Shown here one piece after another: positions 23,505 through 36,254 of a stretch of DNA of 64,000 bases. Positions within the stretch are counted from its first letter, which is position 1. Every line of letters starts with the position of its first letter. Position numbers and translations under genes: made by a program. Source of the stretch: Selaginella moellendorffii (Eukaryota > Plantae > Lycopodiophyta); assembly GCF_000143415.4 (NCBI RefSeq), contig NW_003314314.1, positions 1,121,771 to 1,185,770 of the forward strand, read 5' to 3'. The notes beneath the pieces were generated by a model that was not told where the DNA came from, made no database searches, and saw nothing but the letters and a program-made list of their open reading frames with translations.

Positions 23505-24645
23505 GTTCTTTACTTAAGGACACTATTATTTTCTCTTTTATCTCATGTCAACATAGGCACTAAATTCCACTTATTTATAAGTTATGTTAAAGTTATCTAT
23601 GACCTATCATTTAACTACCTTGCCTTGGCTTAATCTTTTGAAGTTTTTGCATTTTACAAAATTGAAGCATTTAGGAATCCCATCTCTTGAAAACCTATCA
23701 CCTTTCCTATAATCCATTAATATCCACTATATATTAGTTTTTTGCTTAACCTTTTTAGGTGGATTTCTTTTAGTAATTTCCAAAACCCCTTCTTGACCAC
23801 TAAGCTTTTGCTCCTATCCTTTGATTATTGCACTAGGCAACTTAAAATTGCTCTATCCTTAGGGCATCTTTTCCTTTTAGAGCTAAGGCTTTACTTTGCC
23901 AAGTCCAAGGGTTATTCACTTATAATAAGTTTTACTAACATTTTCTACTGTAAGCACTATCCACAACTCAATCTTGCAACCCTTTTATGGGTTCTTCTTT
24001 AAAGACTACTTTCTTGGACTCACAACACCATTGTATTATCACATTTCATTTTACCTAGGTGTGTTTCCCATTTGGTCTTCTTGACCAAGTCACACCATAC
24101 CACTTGTTTAAATCATTACTTTGAACTAGAAACTTTATTCTTTAACCTAGCTATGAATTTGTCTATGATTAGCCAGATATAGAATCACCTAGTGATCCCA
24201 TATAAACATATTAATGGGTTACTAGTAGGTACTAGGTCTACCCGACCTTTGAGTTGTTGACCATAACCCCTAGAGCATTCCCCACATTTGGCAGTGCACC
24301 CAAACCAACCCTTTCGGCCAATGGTTTATAGCAATTGACATTAGGTTTCCCCATCTTATTCACTACGTCCTTGGTGCCATTTGCACTAGAGTGTTCAAGT
24401 TAGATATGCCAAGCTTTCATATTAAGCATATTATTTGTACATCATAACTCTAGGGCATCCCCCACTTGGTAGTATGCCCAAGCATTGAGAGTTCATGACC
24501 ACCAAAAAATGATTGTCTTCATTTTCCAAACCATCACCACACTCTAGCGGGTTGGGATTCAAACTTAAGCACTAAAAGGTTACTCAAACTCAACCTATGC
24601 ATATGCATCTATAAAAAATATCTCCTATAATGCTTAGTGTGTCTC

Positions 24646-25295
24646 TGTATGCCACAAACTTTTCCTTTCCAATTTGCCAACTTACCTTGTCTATCAGACC
24701 AACCTTGCCTTGGCTTTAGCTAAGTTCCCTCGCCAAGGTTCTCGCTTATGGTACCAGCTCCTACTTGGTTTTACTTGGTATCAACTACTCCCTATATGAG
24801 CAACGAAGTGTTAGCCATCCATCCACGGATTCCCAAATCTCTCCCAATCCCCCCTGGATTTAAGGTTCAACTACACTCCATGTAGGCACAAGCAGCCAAG
24901 CACACCAAGCCCCCAGGTTCTTGACATCCCTTGGTACAATAATGTAAGCCACAAATTTTTCCTTTCCAATTTGCCAGCTTACCTTGTCTATCCGATCAAC
25001 ACTGCCTTGGCTTGTGTTAAGTTCCCTTGCCAAGGTTCTCGCCTATGGTACTAGCTCCTACTTGGTAGCCTAAGGTTTTTGGTGTTCAGCCACACCTTCT
25101 CCCCAGCTTATAACTCTACATCCCGGCACTTCTGGTTCGCGTACTTAATTTGCCTTTGTTGAGCTCGTTCCAAGGAATCCCTCACTAGATTCCAAATGTT
25201 GAGTCTTTCTGCCGTGAATGCCTCCACTGCAGGTAACTCTCCATGATACTCGGCCACGCCGAGTTCCACAGGACCTTCAATACCTCGCCCATTAA
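24646..25295 (-). mobile_element. Inverted family-A pieces: integrase 3' part, LTR end, TSD and remainder of host LTR
   Basis: The minus strand reads integrase fragment (25295-25066), LTR end cttaca (24943), ttatt, then gtaccaaggg... to a second LTR end (24646). Confidence 0.8.
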
Positions 25296-28200
25296 GGAGA
25301 AAGATCCAAGGTGGAGACCCAGAATCTAAAGGTAGGGCAATGCAAGGCCAAAAATTCCTGCTTAAACCTGGTGTCCACGAGAGGACAACTCACTGAAGGA
25401 ACCAAGGCAGCATTTTTGTGCTTACTCTCTGTGAAGAGTGATAAAAAGATGGGAACAGAAGAAGTACCTTTAGTGATCCAGTGGGTTTAATCCTGCTTAA
25501 ACCAATTCTAGGATACCATGCCAGAGGAGCTATTGGCGGGGTTGCCCCCTGCATGACCAATAGAACACAAGATTGAGCTGGTCAAGGGTGCTAAGGCGGT
25601 GATTCGTCCCCCCTATCGTTTAAACGAATAGGAACTTGAGGAGCTCAAGCACCAACTAAAGGAGTTGGTGGACAAAGGGTATGTTAGGTTGAGCAAGTCG
25701 CTGTATGGGGCGCCGGTGTTATTTGTGAAAAAGAAATATGGATCTATGCGCATGTGCATAGACTACCGGTTGCTCAATCAGTATACAAAGAAAAACAAGT
25801 ACCCTTTGCCAAGGATTAAGGACCTGTTCGATAGGTTGGGAAAGGCAAAATACTTCTTGAGGATTGACCTAAGGTCAGGATACTACCAGATCAAGGTAGC
25901 AGAGGAAGATGTCGAGAAGACAAGCTGTCGAACAAGGTATGGGAGCTTTGAGTTTCCAGTGATGCCCTTCAGGCTATGAAATGCACTGGCAATGTTTTCG
26001 GTGTTGATGAACCACATATTTGTACCCTATCTGGATCACTTCGTGGTCGTCTATATTGACGATATTTTGATCTATAGCGAGACGCTAGAGGAGCATGCTA
26101 AATATTTAACGAAGGTGTTTGAGAAACTAAGGGAACACCAACTATATGCTAAAGAGAGCAAATATGATTTTGCTCAACAAAAGGTAAAGTTTTTCGGGCA
26201 TGTGGTGGGCAAGGACAGGCTCAAAGTGAACCCTAAGAAGGTCCAAGCGATCCAAGAATGGGAACAACCATTGAATATACACGAGTTAAGGGCATTTTAG
26301 GGGCTATGCAATTACTACTGAAAGTTTATCAAACACTATTCAAGAGTAACTCTGCCTTTAACAGACCAAATGGGTAAAGGGAAAATGGTATAGACAGTAG
26401 AATGCAAGGTGGCATTTGTCCACCTCAAAGGGAAGTTGAGGAAGGCTCCCGTGTTGGTGTTGCCAGATTTTGGTAAGGACTTTGAGGTAGAAACGGATGC
26501 TTCGGACTTTGTGTTGGGCGTAGTGTTGAAGCAAGACAACCATCTAGTAGCATTATTTTCAAAAAAGTTGGACAAGGCTCAATGGAAGTGGCTTGCCCAC
26601 AAGAAGAAATTGTTTGTGGTGGTCAAGGCACTCAAGGAGTGGAGACACTACCTTGGGAGACACTTCAAGGTTTATATGGATAATGTGGCAACGAAACACT
26701 TCTTGTCACAACCCGACCTAAGGGGGAAATAGGGTCGGTGGGCCAATGCTTTGGCCGAGTTTGATTGCGAGATTCTGTATAAGCCTGGGAAGAGTAACAT
26801 TATGGCGGATGCTCTAAGTCAAAAAGTGAGCTTCAAGTTGGCGATATCCAGCGCAATAGCAACCTTTTTGGATGATGTGTGGATAGCATATGAGAACGAT
26901 GGTCTAGCATAAGAAGTGTTGCTGAGGAATCTAGAGGCGCAAGAAGCTCACTAGAGAAGTGAGTTGCCAACAGAAGAGAAAACAAGTTATGCAGAACGCA
27001 ATGGACTCATCTATTATAAACAAACAAGGGTGTATGTTCCAGAAGGGGAACTAAGGAAGGTAGCATTAGAAGAGTGTTATGACGGACCTCTTGCAGGATA
27101 TGACGGAATGCCCAAGACGATGGGCTTACTCAAGAGGAAATATCATTAGCCAGATATGGCTAAGGACGTCCAAGACTATGGAAAGACATATCCAACATGT
27201 CAACAAGTCAAAGCCATGACTAAGGCTAGTAGGGGCTTGTTACAAAGCATCCCAATTCCAAATCGTCCATGGAAATATTTTACCATGGACTTCATCACGG
27301 GACTCTCCCCAAGTGAGGGGTTTGATACGATATTTGTGGTGGTGGACCGATTTTCAAAGATGGCACATTTCATACCCACCACAACGGAAGTGGATGCGGA
27401 AGGTGTGGCGAAACTGTTCTTTGAACAAGTGGTTCGAGTGCGGGGAAGGCCAAACTTCCTTGTTTAAAATAAAATGGCATATGCCTTAATGCAGTTGAAT
27501 TTTTTTTATATTTATATACTATATAAAGGTTTGGAAACCTTATTTTACAAGTAGGATAATGACAATTCCCACTTTAACGAAATAGAGCTTAAAGGAGATC
27601 ATCTCAGATCAAGATAAGATCTTCACCAGCAAGTTCTGGAAAACTCTCCTAGAACAATATTGCACCAAGTTGAAATTTAACACAGCCTATCACCCATAGA
27701 TAGGTATTGAGTATTAAGTCAAGTTGGATGGCACTAACATTTCTTGACAGATGGATAAACAGAAAGGGTGAATAGGCAACTGGAGGATTATTTACAATGC
27801 TATTTTTTCGGAGACCAGACTGATTGGGTAAGTCATTTGGGATTTGCAGAAATGTGTTATAACAACTCACCACACTCGAGTATTGGGGTGAGTTCATCAG
27901 AAATCATCAATGGGCGAGCTATTGAAGGTTTTGTGGAACTCGGTGTGGCCGAGTATCATGGAGAGTTACCTGCAGTGGAGGCATTCATGACGGAAAGACT
28001 CAACATTTGGAATCTAGTGAGGGATTCCTTGGAACGGGCTCAACAAAGGCAAACCAAGTATGCAAGCCAAAAGCGCTGGGACGTAGAGTTCCAACTTGGG
28101 GAGAAGTATGGCTAAACACCAAGAACCTAAGGCTACCAAGTGGGATCAGCCGGAAGTTGACCCAAAGGTAAGATGCATGTATTCCTGGAAATGAACTAAT

Positions 28201-28975
28201 TTTGAGTTGCTTAAGTAGGCACGAATTAGTAAAGTAGCTTACCACCTCCGACTTCCTCAAGAGATAGAGAAGATGCACCCAGTGTTCCATATGAACCTAC
28301 TCAAGCTGTACTTTGAGGATTCGCTTCGCAAGGACCAAGTGAGACCTTTACTATAGGTTATACAAGGGGAAGAGGAATACGAAGTGGAGGCCATCGTCAA
28401 TGCACGCAAGAGCAAACGACGAGGACACGAGATGAGAGAGTTCTATGTGAAGTGGAATCGATTTCCACACTACGAAGCAACATGGAACCGGAAGAGAACC
28501 TAGCGAATGCGCGAGATCTAGTGGAAGAATTTCTGCAAAGTAGAACTCTATGTACTTATGCAAAGTTCAATTAAAATCATCCATCTGTGAAGTTGAGCAA
28601 TGGCATATGTTGGGACCCAAAGGCGCGCCAAAGGTAAGCTAATTAGCATGGGTAGCTAGGTCGACCAGGCGTAGAGAACTATGCCCGACTCCCCACGGGG
28701 ATGTTAAATCTGTAGACGTATTCTATGGAGGTTGAGTTCGAGTCCCAACCCCCTAGTAAAGCAAAGCTAGATTCAAGTCCTGACCCCATACTAGGGCGTG
28801 GTGAGGTGAGGAGTATAGGGACACTTATATTCCATTGTCATGGGCTCTTGGCTGGGGAGGCTAACTTAGGCACACCGCTAAGTGGGGGGATGCCCCCGGA
28901 GACATGATCAACAAGTCGTAGGATAAAAAGAGACGTTTGATGTGGGCATCGAACTTCTTTTATGGGTGGTAGAGT
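25296..28975 (+). pseudogene. Family-A chromovirus pol (RT, RNase H, integrase, chromodomain), degenerate
   Basis: VVVYIDD, ETDASD, MDFITGL and VVVDRFSK motifs. Chromodomain EEEYEVEAIVNAR...FYVKW...EATW at ~28370-28490. PPT precedes the 3' LTR. Confidence 0.9.
27455..27590 (-). mobile_element. Solo terminal fragment of the Sola-like transposon inserted in the Gypsy integrase
   Basis: Reverse complement of ~4579-4712 including the TIR. Interrupts ggaaggcc|..gagatcatctc (compare 35931-35953). Confidence 0.88.
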
Positions 28976-30949
28976 TGTAAGGAACTAACTCCCCAAGATG
29001 GCGTAGGCTAAAGGATCCCTGAAAGCATGATCGAGATGACAAAGAATTCATCGGATGGGACCGAGTCTGAGATCAAGTCCAAGACCGAATCTGAGACCGA
29101 GTTCGAGATAGAGTCCAGAATCGAGGCTGAGGCCGACTCAGAGACCGAGTTCAAGACCGAGTTCTAGATGGAGTCCGAGATCCGAGATCAGGTTCGAGAC
29201 CGAGTCTGAGGTCGAGTTCGAAGTCGAGTCCAAGATCGAGTCCGAGATTGAGTCTGAGACTGAGTCCGAAGTCGGGTCCAAGATCGAGTCCGAGGTCCGA
29301 GACACACGCTTTTGGGCTTTCACCCCTTGACCTGTATTAGTACTCGGACTTGGTCTCGGGGGGGGGGGGGATGTAGGGGGTTCCAAAAATATAGTAGGGA
29401 TAGTGAGGTCCAGGAACCAGTCTTGAAGGAACTCTCTAGTGGTGCTTCCAAATTGAGATTGGGGCCGAGGGGCCTTGGGTGGGAGTGTAACACACATGGT
29501 TTTTACCCTTTATCCTATGGTGATTTACCATAAGATAACACCATGAAGCAGAACCTAAACCCTCCTTATGCCATATGTCATATGCCATATGTCATATGTT
29601 ATGTGTCTAAAGGACAGTGGTGTGGAACCCGAGGTTCAGGGCTTTGGGTCATTGAACAAAGGAACGGTGCCAATCTCCCAAGCATGGAGCCAAGGAGTGA
29701 TGGAACCAAACCACGGAGCAACTCCCGAGCATACAGCCCAAGGAGCGAAGGGATAGGAGCTCGGAGCGACTTGGAACAGTCCTGGAGCAACTAGCATCCC
29801 AATGCCAGGACCAGCACACAAAACGGAGCCAAATGGAGTCTAGTGTTATTTTGGCATACCGGTGGCCTAACGCAAGGATATGGGTACTCCACCAGCTAGC
29901 ATGGAATGGAACTTGGGCTTAGACCCAAGCCGGACGCAGAACAAGGACAGGTATGCAAGCGGGAGCTAGACTATGCCTCAAGTTGGTTGGCCATACCCGA
30001 CTTACCCACTGTCCCTACTATATATTTGGACCCCCCAATAACCCCCCCCCCCCCCCCCCCCCTCTTGGCCCCCCTGAGGAACACACACTTTAGGCTTTCA
30101 CCCCAAGCCTCCCTTAGTATCAAGAGTTAGTCTCTGGGACAAGCTCGAAACTTACTAAATATGGAATGGTGCTAGATTGCAAATTTGGACAGGGGACGAA
30201 CACCATTATGTTTACGCTAATCTTTACATTCCGTAGATATGCCAAATGAACAAATCTGGACACTTTCCATAAATAGCATTTAGGACCGAAATGAGACTAA
30301 CACAAAAGGCATGATAGCAAGGGTGTTTGGCAGACATGGTAAGCTATCATCCAGTGATATTGAGGGACTAATCTCAATACGCGAGGGTTCTTGTCACTAG
30401 CAAGTGCAAGACAAAATGAGACGGGAACTCCTTACCGGGCTAAGTATTCTTAGCTAATAACACGTAAGAATTCCGTCCTTATGCTCGTCCGGTCTAAGTA
30501 CACTCGAAATGCCCAGTTAACTCCACTAGCACAAGAGGGGCTAATAAAGTGTCCAGCAATACCAACCTCCTGCCATCGTGGTAGTAAGGAAAGAGTGTTC
30601 ATAAGGACTGGCTGACAGATAACTTTCGATACCCAAAGTCACATTCCTGATAGGGAGTGAGCATGGACTTGGGTGGTGCCGGAGGGGCCACCCAAGAAAG
30701 TGCTCAAGAGCAACTCCCACTCCCAAAAGGGAAACCGACTACAGTGCTCCCAGCTCATGTGGAGTGGTGCTTCACTTAAGTACCTTGCAACTCATTGGTC
30801 CTCGCCCTTCCTAGAGGCTTGGGCCTTCCCTTCGGAATGGAAGTGGGGGGGTACCGGGTCGTTAGGCCACAATGTTTCGCCCCGGCGTCCTAAAGCATGT
30901 GTTGCACCCAAGGCTTGGGATTTAGAGGGTCCCATGATCAAGTCTTGTT
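28976..30949 (+). mobile_element. Family-A 3' LTR, interrupted twice
   Basis: Starts tgtaagg. Split by the family-D solo LTR and by a second family-A element at 30950. Confidence 0.85.
29486..30652. mobile_element. Family-D solo LTR (1167 bp)
   Basis: tgtaac...cctgata(=ca) termini, TSD GGGAG (29481-29485 / 30653-30657); the host LTR resumes seamlessly. Confidence 0.85.
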
Positions 30950-32118
30950 TGTAAGGAACCAACTTGCCGAGGTGTCGTAGGCTAAAGGAGCCCCGAAAGC
31001 TTGACCAAAATGATAAAGAGTTCATCGGATGGAACCAAGTCTAAGATCGAGTCCAAGACCGACTCTAAGACCGAGTTCGAGATAGAGTCCGGAATCGAGT
31101 CCGAGACCAACTCGGAGACCGAGTTCGAGACCGAGTTCGAGACCGAGTTCGAGACCGAGCTCGAGATGGAGTCCGAGATCCGAAATCGGGTTCGAGACCG
31201 AGTCCGAGGTTGAGTCCGAGGTCGGGTCCGAGATCGGGTCCGAGATCGAGTCCGAGATCAAGTCCGAGACCGAATCCGAAGTCAGATCCGAGATCGAGTC
31301 CGAGATCGAGCCAGAGACTAAGTCCGAGTACTAATACGGGTCAAGGGGTGAAAGCCCAAAGTGTGCGTCTCCTAGGGGGGGGGGGGGGGGGGGGCCTACA
31401 GGGGGTTCCAAAAGTATAGTAGGGATAGTGAGGTCCAGGAACTAGTCTTGAAGGAACTCTCCAGTGGTGCTTCCAAACTGACTTGAGGTTGAGACTGGGG
31501 CTGAGGGGCCTTGGGTGGGAGTGAGTATGGGCTTGGTGGTGCCGAAGGGAAGTGTTCAAGAGCAACTCCCACTCCCGAAAGGGAAACCGATTGCGGTGCT
31601 CCCGGCTCATGTGGAGTGGTGCCCCACTTGAGTACCTTGCGGCTTATTGGTCCTCGCCTTTCCTAGGGGCTTGGGCCTTCCCTTCGGGATGGAAATGGGG
31701 GGGTAGAGGTACCCATACCGGGCCGTTAGGCCACGGTGTTTCGCCCCAACGTCCCGAAGCAAGTGCTGCACCCAAGGCTTGGGATTTAGAGGGTCCCATG
31801 ATCAAGTCTTATGGTACCAAGGGGTGTTAGGAACCTGGAGGCTTGGTGTGCTTGGCTGCTTGTGCCTACGGGGAGTGTAGCCGAACCTTAAGTCCAGTCT
31901 AACCCGGGGAGGGGGATTGGGAGAGATTTAGGAATCCATGGATGGGTGGTTAACACTCCGTTGCTCGTGCAATGAGTAGCTGAAACCAAGTAGGACCAAG
32001 TAGGAGCTGGTACCATAGGCGAGAACCTTGGCAAGGGAACTTAGCACAAGCCAAGGCAGTGTTGGTCGGATAGACGAGGTAAGCTGGCAAATTGGAAAGG
32101 AAAAATTTGTGGCTTACA
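30950..32118 (+). mobile_element. Family-A 5' LTR (1169 bp) followed by tRNA-iMet PBS
   Basis: TGTAAG...CTTACA termini, PBS tggtatcggagc at 32122-32133, hexamer array at ~31030-31330. Confidence 0.92.
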
Positions 32119-32177
32119 ATTTGGTATCGGAGCCTTTTCCTTAGTTCTAGCGAAGGATAGAGGCGGATTGCTGGGAG

Positions 32178-35100
32178 ATGGCAAGGGCAGGGCGTAAGCG
32201 AACCCAGGCGGAGATGGAATCTTCGCCGGAGCTGGAGCCTCCGGTCGAACAAGAGGCTATGGATGAGGAATCCTTGCATGAGGAGGACTCTAGTGAGGAA
32301 ACTTCCAAATAGGAGTCCGATGGCGAGGTTTGGTTGTCCAAGGCTCGATTGGACATGCTAGAAGGACAGTTGGCACAGACCAATGCCCTGTTGGAGACTC
32401 TCGTACGCAAGCTAAAGCGTGACGAGAAGCGGAAGAAAAAGAGAAAGACTGCAGATGCTAGCAGTGCAGAAGGTGCGGACCTTTCGGCAGGGACTGAGGC
32501 AGAACCAAACAAGGTCGAACAGACCGAAGTAGAATCAGTCCCTCAGGTAGTTCCCAAGTACAAACCAAAGCCCCCACCGGTGTTCAAGGGAGTGAATGAC
32601 TATAAGGTGGTGGAGGATTGGTTTTACGATATGGAGGACTACTTCCGAGCGTTGCGATTACCAAGCTCGGAGAAGGTCCCATGTGCAAAACTATTCTTGG
32701 CAGATAATGCCAAGTCTTGGTGGAGAACGACGGAGGCCAACGAAGGACTAGTAGCCACTTGGGACATGATGAAGGCGAGGATCCGCGCAACATACGTTCC
32801 TCCGAATGCCACTCTGCATCTGACAGATGAGCTGAGTAGGCTGAAGCAGACTGGAACCATCCAGGAATATGTGAATGGGTTCATGGCAAAGAGGATACTT
32901 GTCATGGATATGGGGGATATGGATGCGTTCCATGCCTTCATATCAGGTTTGCAAACCTGGGCTCACGGTGAGGTGATGCGCTGGAACCCGACCAACTACA
33001 AGGAAGCGTTGGATGCAGCCATCAAGGTGCATTTCAACGATAACCTGCGAAAAGTGAACACGATGGGGTTGGGATTCACGTTTAGCAAAGGGGCCAAACC
33101 AAGGGGAACGTATAGCAGAGGGAAATTCAAGAAGAGTTTCTCTAAGAATGAGTCCTCAGGGTTCCGGAAAGGCAAATCCGGTGGCCAACGAGCAAGTACG
33201 TGGGGGAGTCAAGCGAAAAGAGACAAACCCATGGATAAGAAGGTCAAGTCGTATAGCAGCGTGGGAAACAACGTATGCTACAACTGCGGCGAAGCAAGAC
33301 ACTTTTCAAGGGAATGTCCCTACCCGAAGAAGGCCAGAGCCAATATGGCCATCAAGTCGAGTGAAGTCCAAAATGAGGTATGTGATCCAGACCCTAACTC
33401 AAAGTTACTCATTACACGAGCAACTTTGGTAGAGAGTCGTTCACGACATCTACTAGCCCTCCGAGGGAAGCTCGGAGGTAGCTTTGTTAAGATCCTTATT
33501 AACACAGGTGCTTCGGATAATTTTGTGGCTGCAGACATAGTCCGGCAAGCCGGACTAACGGTGCAGCGGCTAGGCGAACCAAGGACTATAGAGTTTGTTC
33601 AAGGTAGCCAAAGCACTAATGAGGTACTTCGACAAGCGAGAGTCGAAGTAGGGACATAGAAAGTAGACATGGATTTCACCGTGTTAGACATGGTGGGATT
33701 TGACGTGATCTTCGGAATGGATTGGTTCAATCGGTTCGTGGTAGCTCTGCATGGACAAGGTAGGAACCTTGTGGTACTGGCGAATGCCCAAGGAAGAAGA
33801 TCTAGGGTGGAGGCCCAGGATCTAAAGGTAGGGCAAAGCAAGGCCAAAGAATCCTGCTTAAACCTAGTGTCCATGAGAGGACAACTCACTAAAGGAACTA
33901 AGGCAGCATTTTTGTGCTTACTCTCGGTGAAGAGTGACAAAAAGACAGGAATGGAAGAAGTACCTTTAGTGATCCAACGGGTGTTGGACCAATTCTAGGA
34001 TACCATGCCGGAGGAGTTACCGGCGGGGTTGCCCCCCGCACGACCGATAGAACATAAGATTGGGCTGGTCGAGGGTGCTGAGGCGGTGGGTCATCCCCCC
34101 TATTGTTTGAACGAAAACGAACTCAAGGAGCTCAAGTGCCAACTAGAGGAGTTGGTGGACAAAGGGTATGTTAGGTTGAGCAAGTCACTGTATGGGGCAC
34201 CGGTGTTATTTGTGAAAAAGAAATATGGATCTATGCGCATGTGCATAGATTACCGGTTGCTCAACAATTATACAAAGAAGAACAAGTACCCTTTGCCAAG
34301 GATTGAGGACCTGTTCGATAGGTTGGGAAAGGCAAAATACTTCTCGAGGATTGACTTAAGGTTAGGATACTACCAGATCAGGGTAGCTGAGGAAGATGTC
34401 GAGAAGACAACCTGTCGAACGAGGTATGGGAGCTTTGAGTTTCTGGTGATGCCCTTTGGGCTGTGCAATGCGCCGGCAACATTTTTGGCGTTGATGAACC
34501 ACATCTTTGTACCCTATCTGGATCACTTCGTGGTCGTCTATATCGACAACATCCTGATCTATAGCGAGATGCTAGAGGAGCATGCCGAACACTTGGCGAA
34601 GGTGTTTAAGAAACTAAGGGAACACAAACTGTATGCTAAAGAGAGCAAATGTGACTTTGCTCAACAAGAGGTAAAGTTTCTCGGGCATGTGGTGGGCCAG
34701 GACAGGCTCAAGGTGGACCCGAAGAAGGTCCAAGCGATCCAGGAATGGGAGCGACCATCGAATGTACATAAGTTGAGGGCGTTCTTGGGGCTATGCAACT
34801 ACTACCGAAAGTTTATCAGACACTATTCGAGAGTAGCCCTGCCCTTAACAGACCAAACAGGAGAAGGGAAGATGGTATGGACAGCGGAATGCGAGGCGGC
34901 ATTCGTCCACCTCAAAGGGAAGTTGAGGAAGGCTCCCGTGTTGGCATTACTAAACTTTGGTAAGGACTTTGAGGTAGAAATAGATGCTTCGGACTTTGTG
35001 TTGGGTGCAGTTTTGAAGCAAGACAACCATCCAGTAGCGTTCTTCTCAAAGAAGTTGGACAAGGCTCAACGGAAGTGGCTTGCCCACGAGAAGGAATTGT

Positions 35101-36254
35101 TTGCGGTGGTCAAGGCGCTCAAGGAGTGGCGACACTACCTTGGAATTCATTTCAAGGTTTACACGGACAATGTGGCAACGAAACACTTCTTGTCACAGCC
35201 CGACCTGAGAGGGAAACAAGGTCGGTGGGCCAATCCCTTGGCCGAGTTTGATTGCGAGATTCTGTACAAGCCTGGGAAGAGCAACATCGTGGTGGATGCG
35301 CTAAGTCGAAAAGCGAGCTTGAGGTTAGCGATATCCAGTGCAACAGCAACTTTCTAGAATGATGTGCGGACAGTATATAAGAATGATGGTCTAGCACAAG
35401 AAGTGTTGCTGAGGAATCTAGAGGCATGGGAAGCTTACCAGAGAGGTGAGCTGCCAACGGAAGAGAAAACGGGCTATGCGGAACGCAACGGACTCATCTA
35501 TTACAAGCAAACGAGGGTGTATGTTCTAGAAGGGGAACTAAGGAAGGTAGCCTTAGAAGAGTGTCATGACGGACCTCTTGCGGGACACGGCGGAGTGCCC
35601 AAGACGATGGGCATACTCAAGAGGAAGTACCATTGGCCAGATATGGCTAAGGACGTCCAAGACTATGTAAAGACATGTCCAACATGTCAGTAGATCAAAG
35701 CCGTGACTAAGGCTAGTGGGGGCTTGTTGCAAAGCATCCCAATTCCAGATCGTCTGTGGAAATGTCTTACGATGGACTTCATCATGGGACTTCCCCCAAG
35801 CGAGGGGTTTGATGCGATATTTGTGGTGGTGGACCGATTTTCGAAAATGGCACATTTCATACCCACCACAACGGAAGTGGATGCAGAAGGTGTGGCGAAG
35901 CTGTTCTTCGAACAAGTGGTTCGAGTGCGGGGAAGGCCGGAAGAGATCATCTCAGATCGAGATAAGATCTTCACTAGTAGGTTCTGGAGGACTCTCTTGG
36001 AACAGTATCGCACCAAGTTGAAATTCAGCACAACTTATCACCCACAGACAGGTATGGGGTATTAAGTCAAGTTTGGTGGCACTAACACTTCTTGACAGAC
36101 GGACAAATGGAAAGGGTGAATAGGCAGCCTAAGGATTATTTGCGATGCTATGTCACGGGAGACCAGACCGATTGGGTAAGTCATTTGAGACTTGCGGAAA
36201 TGTGTTATAACAACTCACCACATTCGAGTATCGGGGTGAGTCCATGGGAAGTCA
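32178..36254 (+). pseudogene. Family-A Gypsy gag-pol in a single frame (gag, CCHC knuckle, PR, RT, RH, IN), truncated by inversion
   Basis: All sub-ORFs share one frame, separated by TAG stops. Motifs CYNCGEARHFSREC, LINTGAS (DTG>NTG), YIDN (YIDD) and VVDALSR; HHCC zinc finger and IN core. Contains a 47-nt intron at 36052-36098. Confidence 0.92.

Noticed and set aside
22200-24600. AT-rich decayed sequence, possibly a LINE endonuclease region (likewise 37300-38560, possibly a transposase)
   Set aside because: Too degenerate to support a call by eye.
33657-33998. TAG stops shared by both family-A copies (33657/36387; 33996/~25508) as programmed read-through
   Set aside because: Each is one transition from TGG or CAG in heavily mutated copies; two copies cannot separate this from recurrent or inherited mutation.
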